Shown: positions 38,498 through 47,923, numbered from the stretch's first letter. The stretch: DNA of 64,000 nucleotides from an uncultured Chitinophaga sp. (GCA_964577055.1 CAZNWC010000008.1:32673-96672); one strand, 5' to 3'. Numbers and translations are program-made. The notes: a model not told the origin generated them from the letters alone.

Positions 38498-39586
38498 CTA
38501 AAAGGCTTCGCTCAAATCGAGATAAAAAGCCCACTGCCCTTCACGCGTGCGGGCAACATCTAAGCGCAGGGCTACGCGTTCCTCGGTATTCACAAAAAGT
38601 CGTACACCTGTTCCAATGGCGTATTGCCAAGCATTTTGAAAAAGTACTGCGTTGGTTGGCGCCACTTGAAAGCCAGTACAGAAGATATTCCATGCAAATC
38701 GGCGATGCAACTGCCAACGCCACTCTTGCTCAAGGCCCATCATGCGATTGTCGCGAAATCGGCCTTCGAAATAGCCTCTTGCAAAATCACTTCCACCGGC
38801 TTGCGCCAGTTCACGAAAGGGAGCAATGCCATTTACTTGGCGATACAAGAGCCTTTTGGCCCATATCCACTTGGGTTGGAAGACATGATAATGACGCACA
38901 TCGGCTTGACCGAAGCCAAAGGCGGCCGTGCCCGGGAACCAACTGGGTTGCCAGCGCCAACCGAGTTGAATGCGCCAGCCATTGTGTGGACTTTGAACAT
39001 TGTCGCGTGTGTCGTAAAAGATTTCGGGGCCCAAGCCAATGGACGCACTACCTGAACTTCCAGCAATGGTGTTGTCTGCAAGTTGCCCGCTTTGCAAGTA
39101 GTTCAAATGGTACATTTGTTGTTGCCTGAATTGCAGGCCGGCATATAAGGAGGGTCTTATGGCCCAGAGCCAGCCTCCCCAGCTGGTCCAACTACGATAA
39201 CTGAAATCTTCTCTTTGCGATAGGGCGGTTTGTGGGCCGATGCCATAAAATCGGTCAATGTATTCTCTGTAACTAACGTATCCGTAGGTGTAATAGCGGT
39301 TGGCTGGTCCGAATATTTCTGCGCTCATGCGCGTTATCACTTGTTGCCTGAGGGTGTAAACCGCTTGCATCTGTACGTTGGATATGCTCGCTTCCTTCCC
39401 ATTGTTGAAATAGTAACCCATGCTCAGGCCAGCTGCCCATGAGGTTTCAGGACTCCGGTAAAGGATGGGTAGGGGGAGAAACCGGTGGTCTTGCTGCAGC
39501 CAATCCAAGCTGCGTTCTGCCAAGTTTTGGCCTATACTGAACTGCCATGCGCAGATGCTGCATAAAATCAATGCAAGTATTCTCAA
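38498..39586 (-). CDS. Omp85/BamA-TamA family barrel protein without POTRA domains
   Basis: 'YDTRDN...P..G', 'RGYFEGRFRD', C-terminal 'FYLDLSEAF'. Confidence 0.8.
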   Translation of the reverse strand: MRILALILCSICAWQFSIGQNLAERSLDWLQQDHRFLPLPILYRSPETSWAAGLSMGYYFNNGKEASISNVQMQAVYTLRQQVITRMSAEIFGPANRYYTYGYVSYREYIDRFYGIGPQTALSQREDFSYRSWTSWGGWLWAIRPSLYAGLQFRQQQMYHLNYLQSGQLADNTIAGSSGSASIGLGPEIFYDTRDNVQSPHNGWRIQLGWRWQPSWFPGTAAFGFGQADVRHYHVFQPKWIWAKRLLYRQVNGIAPFRELAQAGGSDFARGYFEGRFRDNRMMGLEQEWRWQLHRRFAWNIFCTGFQVAPTNAVLFQNAWQYAIGTGVRLFVNTEERVALRLDVARTREGQWAFYLDLSEAF

Positions 39587-40080
39587 AACCCAAGCTTTTT
39601 GGGGAAGAGCAATTCCTTGACACGGGTATCTGCACGGTTAATGTCCGACCAATGCGTGCAGTTTACTTCAACCACAGCCACACAACAGGTCGGGAATTTG
39701 GGGACCAAAAAATCAGCCATTTCACTCACCAGCAAGTGTAGGGCTGGATTGTGGCCGGTGAGCAGCACACATTGGGCATCATCAGGCAAGTTTTGGAGTG
39801 CCTTCCACCAATGGATTGCATCAGCCTCATACAAGGCATCATCGATATGAATATCTACCGGATGGGGGAAAGCGGCCGTCAGCCGAACGGCAGTTTGCCA
39901 TGCGCGCAAAGCAGGGCTGCTGTGCACCAAATCGGGTAGAAGGCCATTTTCACGGAGATATTTGCCCATTTGCAACGAAACACGCTCACCGCGCGCGTTC
40001 AGTGGACGCTCTTTGTCTGTAAGCAACAAGTTTTCCCAGCTCGACTTCGCATGTCGAACCAGTAAGAGGGTGCGGGTCAT
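39583..40080 (-). CDS. SixA-like histidine phosphatase
   Basis: 'LVRHAKS', 'RPLNARG', 'SSPALRA.QT', 'GHNP'. Confidence 0.9.
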   Translation of the reverse strand: MTRTLLLVRHAKSSWENLLLTDKERPLNARGERVSLQMGKYLRENGLLPDLVHSSPALRAWQTAVRLTAAFPHPVDIHIDDALYEADAIHWWKALQNLPDDAQCVLLTGHNPALHLLVSEMADFLVPKFPTCCVAVVEVNCTHWSDINRADTRVKELLFPKKLGF

Positions 40081-40108
40081 GACCTAAATGTACTGCCTTT
40101 GTGTGAAG

Positions 40109-40744
40109 CTACAACGCACCACTTTGCAAAGCTTGCCAATGTTTGAGTGCAATGCGCATTTCACTTTGTAAATCGAGGTTTTTATTGTCGGCATACCACT
40201 TGTGCAAGCGCGTACTCGCCTCTTCAAAAGGCGTTTGAATAGCCTTTAAACCCAGATACATTTGTTGGGCAGCGGCTGGCCGGGGGCCCCAACTGCCCAA
40301 AACCCGCATATTGGTGGGGTCAAAGGCAATGAGCTTGGGAATAGAGCGACCGCCATTAGTTAAAAATTGATCCATCAAAGGCAGGTTTTCGTCGCGTAAA
40401 ACCAGGCGCATCTGAAGTTGGTCACTGTGTGTCAGCATGGCTGCCAAGGCAGGCAAATTTTGAGCAGCATCACCACACCAAGCTTCAGTTATTACCAGCC
40501 AATGCATTGGCTTACTGATGTGTGTTAGGGTCTCTATGGTTTCGGGGAGCAACTGAATCGTTTTGTCGAGCCGATGCATGCGTTGGGCATTCATCTTGGT
40601 ATATGCGACCATGGCTTCTGACTGGTTAGGTCCCGTTGTTTTATTTTGTGCCAAAAGGTTTTCCATCAAGCTGCGGTAATCGGCATAACTGATTCCTTTT
40701 TTCCAGTATTGTTTATCGAGTGTGGTGTAGTGAACATTATCCAT
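40109..40744 (-). CDS. thioredoxin family protein (Thioredoxin_9-like)
   Basis: 'ITEAWCGDA', 'FLTNGGRSIPKLI', 'WGPRP'; start ATG 40744 assumed. Confidence 0.85.
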   Translation of the reverse strand: MDNVHYTTLDKQYWKKGISYADYRSLMENLLAQNKTTGPNQSEAMVAYTKMNAQRMHRLDKTIQLLPETIETLTHISKPMHWLVITEAWCGDAAQNLPALAAMLTHSDQLQMRLVLRDENLPLMDQFLTNGGRSIPKLIAFDPTNMRVLGSWGPRPAAAQQMYLGLKAIQTPFEEASTRLHKWYADNKNLDLQSEMRIALKHWQALQSGAL

Positions 40745-40779
40745 GAAAATCTTACGTTCTTTGGGCCGTTTAAGTTCCG

Positions 40780-41733
40780 ATGGAGGCATACATCAAACAT
40801 TTTCAAAGCCCGTGGTTTCTTCGTGGTGGACATGCCCAAACCATATGGCCATCGTTTTTCAGAAAGGTAATGCTGCAAGTGCAACCGCAAGCCTGGTCGG
40901 CTTCCACGCCCGATGGTGATACATTGTATGGCGATTTTTACCTTCCGCAGCATGCGCAAGGCATTGCACTGGTTTGTCATGGATTAGAGGGCCATGCACG
41001 CAGGCCTTATGTTTTGGGGATGGTGAAAGCGCTAACCGAAGCTGGACTGGCAGTGTTGGCCTGGAATTACAGATCGTGCGGAGGCGTGCTAAACGAACAA
41101 GCGCGTTTTTACCACAGCGGGGCCACCGACGATTTGGATATTGTATTGAACCAACTGCCAGGCTCGGCGTCATGGCCAGTCTATTTGGTTGGATTCAGCT
41201 TGGGCGGCAATCTGGTGCTGCGCTACTTGGCAGAGCAGGCTACGCATGGCAGTCACAGGATTCTGGGTGGCGCCGCTATTTCGGTGCCCATGTTTTTGGC
41301 AGATGGGGCCGATTACCTCAACCGGGGTATTTCGCAGATGTATACGCGCAATTTTATTCGCAGCTTAGAAGATAAGGTTAGGCGAAAGGCACCACTTTTC
41401 CCAACTGCCTATCGTACCGAAAAGCTAGGAAAATTGCGCAGTTTGCGGGCGTTTGACGAACATTTCACCGCGCCTATCCATGGCTATGCCAGTGCCGACG
41501 ATTATTATGCACGTGCGAGTGCAGGTTTCGTGTTGCATCAGATCAAGATTCCTGTCATGATTCTACAGGCGTTAAACGATCCTTTTTTGCCGCCTTCGTG
41601 TTTCAAAGTCGCTGAGAATGATTTTATCAGCACATATTTTACACCTGCAGGCGGTCACTGTGGTTTTGTGCAGCAAAACAGGGAGTTGAGCTTCGCAGAT
41701 GAGTTGGTGAGGGACTTTTGGAAAAAACTGTGA
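40780..41733 (+). CDS. YheT family alpha/beta hydrolase
   Basis: 'GHAQTI', 'HGLEG', nucleophile 'GFSLGG', 'DPF', 'GGHCGF'. Confidence 0.9.
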   Translation: MEAYIKHFQSPWFLRGGHAQTIWPSFFRKVMLQVQPQAWSASTPDGDTLYGDFYLPQHAQGIALVCHGLEGHARRPYVLGMVKALTEAGLAVLAWNYRSCGGVLNEQARFYHSGATDDLDIVLNQLPGSASWPVYLVGFSLGGNLVLRYLAEQATHGSHRILGGAAISVPMFLADGADYLNRGISQMYTRNFIRSLEDKVRRKAPLFPTAYRTEKLGKLRSLRAFDEHFTAPIHGYASADDYYARASAGFVLHQIKIPVMILQALNDPFLPPSCFKVAENDFISTYFTPAGGHCGFVQQNRELSFADELVRDFWKKL

Positions 41734-41788
41734 ATTACTTGTTCAAATCAAGAGCAATTGCCAGCGTAATTTTCAGGAAATTTGCGTT

Positions 41789-42934
41789 GTGAGATTTGCA
41801 GACATAGTAGGGCAGCAAGAGCTGAAACATAAACTGGTTCAAACGGTTAAGGAGGGAAGGGTAAGCCATGCGCAGTTGTTTTTGGGGCCCGAAGGTTCTG
41901 GAAAGTTGGCTTTGGCGGTGGCCTATGCCCAATACCTGAACTGCAAGTCGCCCGGAGAAGACGATTCGTGTGGGGTTTGCTCTTCTTGTCAGAAGTACAA
42001 CAAGCTCATCCATCCCGATTTGCATTTTTCGTTCCCTATTGTGAACAAGGGGAGTGATGCGGAGAAAAACATTTGTGCCGCCCACATGAAAGATTTCAGA
42101 GAGGCATTTCTTGCCGATCCTTACATGGGCTACAACGACTGGATGCAGGCGCATGGTGCAGAAAACAAACAAGGCAATATCAGCAAGCACGAATGCTACG
42201 ATATCATCAGCAAATTGGGCCTGGCGCCATTTGAAGCGGGGTTCAAAGTCCTCATCATGTGGTTGCCCGAGTATTTGCGCGATGCCGGCAATGTGTTGCT
42301 CAAGATCATCGAAGAGCCACCCCAAAATACCATGTTTGTGCTGGTGGCCGAAAGGCAGGAGATGCTTTTGAGCACCATCAGCTCACGCACCCAGCTGGTA
42401 AAGGTACCACGTTTGTCAACCGACGATTTGGCAGATTACCTTTCACAAGTTCATGAATTGGAGGCTGCCGCAGCACGCTCGGTGGCCATGCTTTCCGACG
42501 GCAATCTCCGGCTTGCACGCGAATTGTTGAACCACGAAACAGGCATAAATGAACAGTTGTTCATGGATTTTATGCGGATTACCTATGGCGGCAAAGGTCC
42601 CGACATTTTGACTTGGATAGAGAAGGTCGCCGATTTAGGGCGAGAAGGGCAGAAAAACCTCTTGCAATACGGATTGCATATCATCAGAGAGTGTTTTTTG
42701 ATGCGCTTTGGCTCAGCCAAACTGGCACGGCTCAAGGGTGCCGAACTCGATTTTGTGACGCGCTTTTCGGTATTCATCACAGAAGGAAATGTGGGTGAGT
42801 TCAACCGGTTGCTGAACGACGGTATTTATTACATTGAGCGAAATGCGAATGCGCGCATCGTATTTCACCATCTGGCCAATGAATCGGAACGCTTGTTGGC
42901 AGGTGCGCGTAAATTGGTAGGTGCTGGCGCGTAA
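41789..42934 (+). CDS. holB: DNA polymerase III subunit delta'
   Basis: 'HAQLFLGPEGSGK', 'CGVCSSC', 'HPDLH', 'LLKIIEEPP', 'TISSRTQ'. Confidence 0.93.
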   Translation: MRFADIVGQQELKHKLVQTVKEGRVSHAQLFLGPEGSGKLALAVAYAQYLNCKSPGEDDSCGVCSSCQKYNKLIHPDLHFSFPIVNKGSDAEKNICAAHMKDFREAFLADPYMGYNDWMQAHGAENKQGNISKHECYDIISKLGLAPFEAGFKVLIMWLPEYLRDAGNVLLKIIEEPPQNTMFVLVAERQEMLLSTISSRTQLVKVPRLSTDDLADYLSQVHELEAAAARSVAMLSDGNLRLARELLNHETGINEQLFMDFMRITYGGKGPDILTWIEKVADLGREGQKNLLQYGLHIIRECFLMRFGSAKLARLKGAELDFVTRFSVFITEGNVGEFNRLLNDGIYYIERNANARIVFHHLANESERLLAGARKLVGAGA

Positions 42935-42959
42935 GTGCTGCGTCCGCCCGATTTGTTCC

Positions 42960-42967
42960 TATATTTG
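42960..42967 (+). promoter_or_regulatory. -7 element TATATTTG for ricT-gldH
   Basis: Consensus match 21 nt before ATG 42989. Confidence 0.55.
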
Positions 42968-42988
42968 AACCATTAAACGTGATACACC

Positions 42989-44491
42989 ATGGGATGCGGA
43001 AGTTGTAGCAGTGGAGGGTGTTCACCTGCCGGATGTGGCGATAAAGGCCATTGTGCCAGTGGCGGTTGCAATCGATTGAATGTCCATGATTGGCTTTCGA
43101 ATCTGGAACTGCCTTGGGGACAAAAGCCATTTGAATATGTTGAAGTGCGGTTTAAGGAAAATCGCAAAGAATTCTTCCGAAATGTAAACCAGCTCGATTT
43201 ATACCAAAACGAGTGGGTGGTGGTTGAAGCTCAACAAGGCCACGATGTAGGTCAGGTGACCCTCAAAGGCGAATTGGTTCGCCTGCAAATGAAAAGAAGA
43301 CGGGTGTCGGAAGACGACGCTGCTATTCGGAAGATTTACCGAAAGGCTACCCCGCAGGATTTGCAAAAATTGTCGGAATTGCGCGAGCAAGAGGCCGAAG
43401 TGTCGTATAAAGCACGTGAAATCATCAAAAGCTGCAAGCTCAACATGAAGCTGACAGATGTTGAATTTCAGGCCGACCGTGCTAAAATTATATTCTACTA
43501 CACCGCTGAGGAGAGAGTTGATTTTCGCGAATTGATTCGTCTGCTGGCCGATGCTTTCAAAGCAAGGGTAGAAATGAAACAAATTGGTCCCAGGCAAGAA
43601 GCCGCACGCATTGGAGGTCTGGGTGTATGTGGCCGTGAACTCTGTTGCAGTACCTGGTTAACCGACTTCAAATCAGTGTCCACTTCGGCAGCGCGCTACC
43701 AAAATTTATCCTTAAATCCGGTAAAGCTTGCAGGTCAGTGCGGTCGTCTGAAATGTTGTTTGAACTACGAACTCGAAACCTACATGGATGCATTGCAGGC
43801 GTTTCCAAAAGATGCACGTTTGCTGCAAACCCAAAATGCAACCTATGAGTTGGTGAAAACCGATATTTTCAAAAGGCAGATGTGGTATCAGCTGCAAGGA
43901 AAGGCGGGCGAGTACACCGAAGTAAATGCCATTCCTTTGAGCATTGAGCAGGTGCTTGAAGTAAAAGCCATGAACAAAGCAGGTGAAAAGCCAGTTGCGC
44001 TCGAATCTATGGTGCCTGTGCTGGAAGCCGAGTTGATTGAAGAGCCCGACTTTGAACTGGAAGCCGAAGGTGTGTTGGATAGATTTGATGGCAATAGAAA
44101 TCGGAACCGCAAAAAGAAGAAGAAAAAACCTGGAGCCAGCGGCCAATCCGATGCCCGTACGCAACCAAACCATGCGGCGAAGCAGACAACACCCATTACC
44201 CAGGCCGATAAACCCGCTTCGGCGCCAAGACCGCAAGGGGATAACAACCGCAAGGAGGGAGACCGCAACCGCCGACCACAAGGGAGAGATGGTCAGAACC
44301 GTGATCGCCGAAACGAAAATCGGACGGAGCAACGCACTCCTCTTAAGGCGGAAGCAGGCGCTTCAGATGCGGCGACACAGCCGAACCAGCCAAACGCCCA
44401 AACTGATAGACCGCGGTCAAATAACCGTCGCCGCTTCCGGGGCCCCAAAAGAGGCGGGAATAATGCTGGAACCAATAGTCCTCAAGCATGA
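42989..44491 (+). CDS. ricT: PSP1/RicT (YaaT) family Fe-S protein
   Basis: 'RVDFRELI', 'CGRELCCSTW', 'GQCGRLKCCLNYE'. Confidence 0.88.
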   Translation: MGCGSCSSGGCSPAGCGDKGHCASGGCNRLNVHDWLSNLELPWGQKPFEYVEVRFKENRKEFFRNVNQLDLYQNEWVVVEAQQGHDVGQVTLKGELVRLQMKRRRVSEDDAAIRKIYRKATPQDLQKLSELREQEAEVSYKAREIIKSCKLNMKLTDVEFQADRAKIIFYYTAEERVDFRELIRLLADAFKARVEMKQIGPRQEAARIGGLGVCGRELCCSTWLTDFKSVSTSAARYQNLSLNPVKLAGQCGRLKCCLNYELETYMDALQAFPKDARLLQTQNATYELVKTDIFKRQMWYQLQGKAGEYTEVNAIPLSIEQVLEVKAMNKAGEKPVALESMVPVLEAELIEEPDFELEAEGVLDRFDGNRNRNRKKKKKKPGASGQSDARTQPNHAAKQTTPITQADKPASAPRPQGDNNRKEGDRNRRPQGRDGQNRDRRNENRTEQRTPLKAEAGASDAATQPNQPNAQTDRPRSNNRRRFRGPKRGGNNAGTNSPQA

Positions 44492-44964
44492 GCAAGCAGT
44501 TATTGATATCAACGGCGCTCTTGGCCGTTATGTGTTTGGGAGGTTGCGAAAGTGGTACCTTGACAGATACATTTGCACCGGTTGAAAATCAGGCATGGGA
44601 CTACAATGATTTGAAAACCATTGAAGTAGTGGTGGACGATACTACCGAGCTGTATGACATATTGGTGAACCTAAGGCATGCAGGGGATTACGAATGGCAA
44701 AATATCTATGTACGCATGCACATTCTAAGCCCGCAAGGCGATAGCACTGCTGAGCGCTTGAGTTTGATGCTGGCAGACAACAAAGGCAAGTGGCTCGGAA
44801 GTGGCTTAGGCGATATCATTACCATACAAGCACCGTACAAACAAGGTATCCAATTTCGTCAACTTGGAACCTACCGCTTTACCCTTGAACAACACATGCG
44901 GGTAAATCCTTTGAAGGGCGTGCATGAGGTAGGGCTCAAAGTACAGCCTACCGAAAGTGAATAA
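44488..44964 (+). CDS. gldH: gliding motility lipoprotein GldH
   Basis: Lipobox LGGC; 'NLRH..DY.WQNIY', 'LAD.KGKWLGSG', 'EQHMR..PL.G..EVGL'. Confidence 0.92.
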   Translation: MSKQLLISTALLAVMCLGGCESGTLTDTFAPVENQAWDYNDLKTIEVVVDDTTELYDILVNLRHAGDYEWQNIYVRMHILSPQGDSTAERLSLMLADNKGKWLGSGLGDIITIQAPYKQGIQFRQLGTYRFTLEQHMRVNPLKGVHEVGLKVQPTESE

Positions 44965-44967
44965 AAT

Positions 44968-44995
44968 AAAAAAACCGGCGCGAGCCGGTTTTTTT
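44968..44995. terminator. bidirectional terminator
   Basis: A7-CCGGC-GCGA-GCCGG-T7 between convergent genes. Confidence 0.88.
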
Positions 44996-45017
44996 GTGGT
45001 GTCAATATCTGTGTGCA

Positions 45018-45692
45018 TCAAAGCTTCACAATTTGTTTGGTAATGATGCCTTTGCCAGTATTTACCCTTACCAGATAGTGTCCTTTTGGCAACTGTCCAA
45101 TTGAAATCCTTGTTTTATTGCCGCTTAAGTGAATGTCAGCAACTTTTTTGCCAATGGCATTGAAGATTTCAGCAGTTCCATTTCCGTTTTCCAGTTGTGT
45201 TTCGAGCGTGAGGAAGTCCTGTGCAGGTACAGGATATAGTTTGAGCACTGGCTTCGTCAAAAATGATACTGATGCGGCATTTGTGCTTCCAATAAAGGTG
45301 ATGAAAAGCTGGTTAGTCGGATTGCCAACTTCATAAATCCGAACGCGCATGGTGCCGTTGCCAACTACGTTGTTGGGATAAAAGTGACCATCCACATTTC
45401 CGGTGGCACGTGCTGCCAAGGTGAAATCGGCACTATCGGTTGTGCTCGGATAACAAGCATTCACATCACAAATGGTGCTCGACCAACCCGAAACGATATT
45501 GTTGTTGAGTTTTACCCAGCGCAAGTTCACAGGGTTTTCGCCATTGTTGATGACGTTGGCATAAGCAACAATCTCAAACTCTGTGGCCGGACCACTGGTA
45601 TAAACTGTATCATTTCCTTGCAAGACTACCTGCGCATTTGTAAAGCCTGCAAGCAAGAGCAAGAAAAGAATCAATGTATTTTTTCGGAGCAT
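45018..45692 (-). CDS. small T9SS type A cargo protein (Ig-like domain plus CTD)
   Basis: Signal peptide; CTD 'LYPVPAQD...IFNAIGKKV...LPKGHYLV...KQIVKL'; TATATTTG at 45717-45710. Confidence 0.85.
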   Translation of the reverse strand: MLRKNTLILFLLLLAGFTNAQVVLQGNDTVYTSGPATEFEIVAYANVINNGENPVNLRWVKLNNNIVSGWSSTICDVNACYPSTTDSADFTLAARATGNVDGHFYPNNVVGNGTMRVRIYEVGNPTNQLFITFIGSTNAASVSFLTKPVLKLYPVPAQDFLTLETQLENGNGTAEIFNAIGKKVADIHLSGNKTRISIGQLPKGHYLVRVNTGKGIITKQIVKL

Positions 45693-45757
45693 TTTGTGAA
45701 ATTGAATGTCAAATATAAGATTATTCGCCTATTTCTACAAGTATGGCCTCGGGTAGC

Positions 45758-46483
45758 TCAAGCATGGGTAAGGCAGCTTTCATTATTGTCCCTGAAACTG
45801 AAATAAGCCTCGTTGGTAAAAATGAGATGGTCGGTCACCTCTATCTGAAACAATTGGGCTGCATGCACCAAGCTGTGGGTAAGTTTCCGATCGGCTTGGC
45901 TCGGAAACAAAGAGCCTGAAGGATGGTTGTGCATCAAAATCATGGCGCAGCACTGTGCCATAAGGGCTTCATGCATCACCCGGCGGGTATCGACTGTAGC
46001 CGAATCCAAGCCACCAACGCTAATTCTTTTGCAAACAATGGGCTTCATGGCGCGATTTAGCATTACCACATGGAACTCTTCGTGGGTCAGATCGGCAAAA
46101 ATATGCTGATATGCTTCGTAGATTTGCCGGGAGGAAAACAAAGGGGCTACCGCTTTTTGGCTGAGCTGCTTTCTTCTGCGCCCCAACTCCAGTGCTGCGG
46201 CTATACCAAGGGCTTTGGCTTCACCAATTCCTTTGATGGCAGAAATTTCAGAAATGCCCAGCTGCGCCAAGCGGTTTAAGTCGTTTCCACATGCCCCCAG
46301 CAATTGCCTTGCGAGGTCGATGGCGGATACAGCTTTGTATCCATGGCCAATGAGAATCGCAATCAACTCTGCATCGCTCAAGGATTGCCGGCCTTTTTGC
46401 ACAAATTTTTCGCGCGGACGGTCAGCGGCATCCCAGTCTTTGATGCGCCTTGGAGTAGGAAAATCGGAGATCAGGGAGTTCAT
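45758..46483 (-). CDS. radC: RadC family protein (HhH plus JAB)
   Basis: 'DRPREK', 'LSDAELIAIL', 'GIGEAKA', 'HNHPSG...S..D', 'DHLI'. Confidence 0.93.
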   Translation of the reverse strand: MNSLISDFPTPRRIKDWDAADRPREKFVQKGRQSLSDAELIAILIGHGYKAVSAIDLARQLLGACGNDLNRLAQLGISEISAIKGIGEAKALGIAAALELGRRRKQLSQKAVAPLFSSRQIYEAYQHIFADLTHEEFHVVMLNRAMKPIVCKRISVGGLDSATVDTRRVMHEALMAQCCAMILMHNHPSGSLFPSQADRKLTHSLVHAAQLFQIEVTDHLIFTNEAYFSFRDNNESCLTHA

Positions 46484-46494
46484 GCCCTGAAAAT

Positions 46495-46523
46495 AAAAAA
46501 GGCCTGCCGAGGAAGGCAGACCT
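46495..46523 (-). terminator. terminator after rpsT
   Basis: AGGCCTGCC/GGCAGACCT stem with A run on the left. Confidence 0.7.
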
Positions 46524-46552
46524 ATTGAAAAAATTGAAAGTATTTGCGGAGT

Positions 46553-46807
46553 TTAAGCAAATGCGTTCATCAAACGCGCCAACTTCGACTTTTGGTGAGC
46601 AGCCTTGTTGCGGTGAATGATGTTTTTCTTTGCCAACTTGTCGATGCGCGAAATTACATCAGGGAACATCTTGGTTGCATCTTCTTTAGAACCGGCAGCT
46701 TTCAGACGCTTGATCATGGTCTTGGTGGTCTTCAACTGGTAACGGTTACGCAGGCGCCTCACAGCGGTCTGACGGATTCTCTTAAGAGCTGATTTATGGT
46801 TTGCCAT
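46553..46807 (-). CDS. rpsT: 30S ribosomal protein S20
   Basis: 'MANHKSALKRIRQ...IIHRNKAAHQKSKL'. Confidence 0.97.
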   Translation of the reverse strand: MANHKSALKRIRQTAVRRLRNRYQLKTTKTMIKRLKAAGSKEDATKMFPDVISRIDKLAKKNIIHRNKAAHQKSKLARLMNAFA

Positions 46808-46842
46808 TTTGCTATATTTCTCTTTGCCGAAAAAACGGAGTG

Positions 46843-46850
46843 CAAATATA
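46843..46850 (-). promoter_or_regulatory. -7 element TATATTTG for rpsT
   Basis: Consensus match on the minus strand. Confidence 0.65.
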
Positions 46851-46959
46851 GCTAGTCTTTTCTATTTCACAACACTTGCGTTCTGATTTTCTGAATTTAT
46901 GCTCCTCATCCATAAATTCTCTTTGATTTTGTACTTTTGAACCATCAATTCCTTCAAAA

Positions 46960-47436
46960 ATGAAAAAAGTCCTTTTCTTCGCCATACTCGGTATGACCCT
47001 TTCTTGCACCCAAAAAGAAGCTGAACAAGCTGAAACGGTGGTTGAAAACCTCGAAATTTATGGTGATACCATCACTGCCGACGGTGCCGTTCCGGTCAAT
47101 ACCTTGGCCAGTTTGATGGGAGATGCTACCGAAAAAGACCTAAAATTAGAAGCCACTATTGAAGAGGTGTGTCAAAAGAAAGGTTGTTGGATGAAAGTTG
47201 ATTTGGGAGACGGCAAAACCATGCGTGTTACCTTTAAGGATTACGCCTTCTTCGTTCCGAAAGATGCAGCCGGTCGCAAAGTTGTACTCGATGGCGTTGC
47301 CATGGTAGAAGAAACTTCGGTTGAGTCTTTGCGCCACTTTGCCGAAGATGCTGGCAAAAGCAAAGAAGAAATCGAAGCAATTACAGAAGGCACCAAAGAG
47401 GTGGTATTTGAGGCCCGTGGCGTGATCATCCAATAA
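46960..47436 (+). CDS. DUF4920 domain lipoprotein
   Basis: Lipobox TLSC; 'VCQKKGCWM', 'VTFKDYAFFVP', 'LRHFAEDAG'; TACTTTTG at 46932. Confidence 0.85.
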   Translation: MKKVLFFAILGMTLSCTQKEAEQAETVVENLEIYGDTITADGAVPVNTLASLMGDATEKDLKLEATIEEVCQKKGCWMKVDLGDGKTMRVTFKDYAFFVPKDAAGRKVVLDGVAMVEETSVESLRHFAEDAGKSKEEIEAITEGTKEVVFEARGVIIQ

Positions 47437-47440
47437 GCAA

Positions 47441-47872
47441 GTGAAAAGAAATATTGCGCTCATTTGTTTGGCTATCGGCATTGCAGTTGCCTGCCAACCG
47501 GGTCAGGAAGCCAACAATGCTCCCGAAAGGCAAGCTTCTAAACTAGAAGATGCAAAACCCATGGCCCTGATGATGCGTGCCATTTATGACCAAAGCCGCA
47601 GTATGCGTGGAGATTTGGAAAGTGGCAAAAACCTCGACTCATCCTTGTATCGCTTCATGGAATTTCACAAACTTGAACCCACCGATAGTACAGTATTGGT
47701 AGAGGTATTTTACGAACACAACGAAAAGTTTCGCGCGGCATACGAAGACTTATTGCGTAGCTCCGATAAACCAGCTTACAATGCCATGCTCACCGCCTGT
47801 GTGAATTGCCATGCTGATTTTTGTCCTGGCCCTATCAAGCGCATCAATAAACTACGCTTCGAGGAAAGCTAG
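47441..47872 (+). CDS. lipoprotein with C-terminal CxxCH (putative class II c-type cytochrome)
   Basis: Lipobox AVAC; helical body; 'CVNCHADFCPGP'. Confidence 0.7.
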   Translation: MKRNIALICLAIGIAVACQPGQEANNAPERQASKLEDAKPMALMMRAIYDQSRSMRGDLESGKNLDSSLYRFMEFHKLEPTDSTVLVEVFYEHNEKFRAAYEDLLRSSDKPAYNAMLTACVNCHADFCPGPIKRINKLRFEES

Positions 47873-47897
47873 ACCTACAGTGTTTTATCATCGAAAG

Positions 47898-47923
47898 AAA
47901 AAGCTGCGATTGTGCAGCTTTTT
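47898..47923 (+). terminator. Rho-independent terminator
   Basis: AAAAAGCTGC-GATTGT-GCAGCTTTTT. Confidence 0.75.

Noticed and set aside
41735-42325. Long antisense ORFs (also 4871..5656, 37143..37829, 38416..39129, 43712..44332, 55573..56283)
   Set aside because: Each lies almost entirely opposite a well-supported gene and has no recognisable motifs.
45758-46483. radC as a marker of a mobile island
   Set aside because: Full-length chromosomal HhH+JAB form next to rpsT, with no integrase or cargo nearby.
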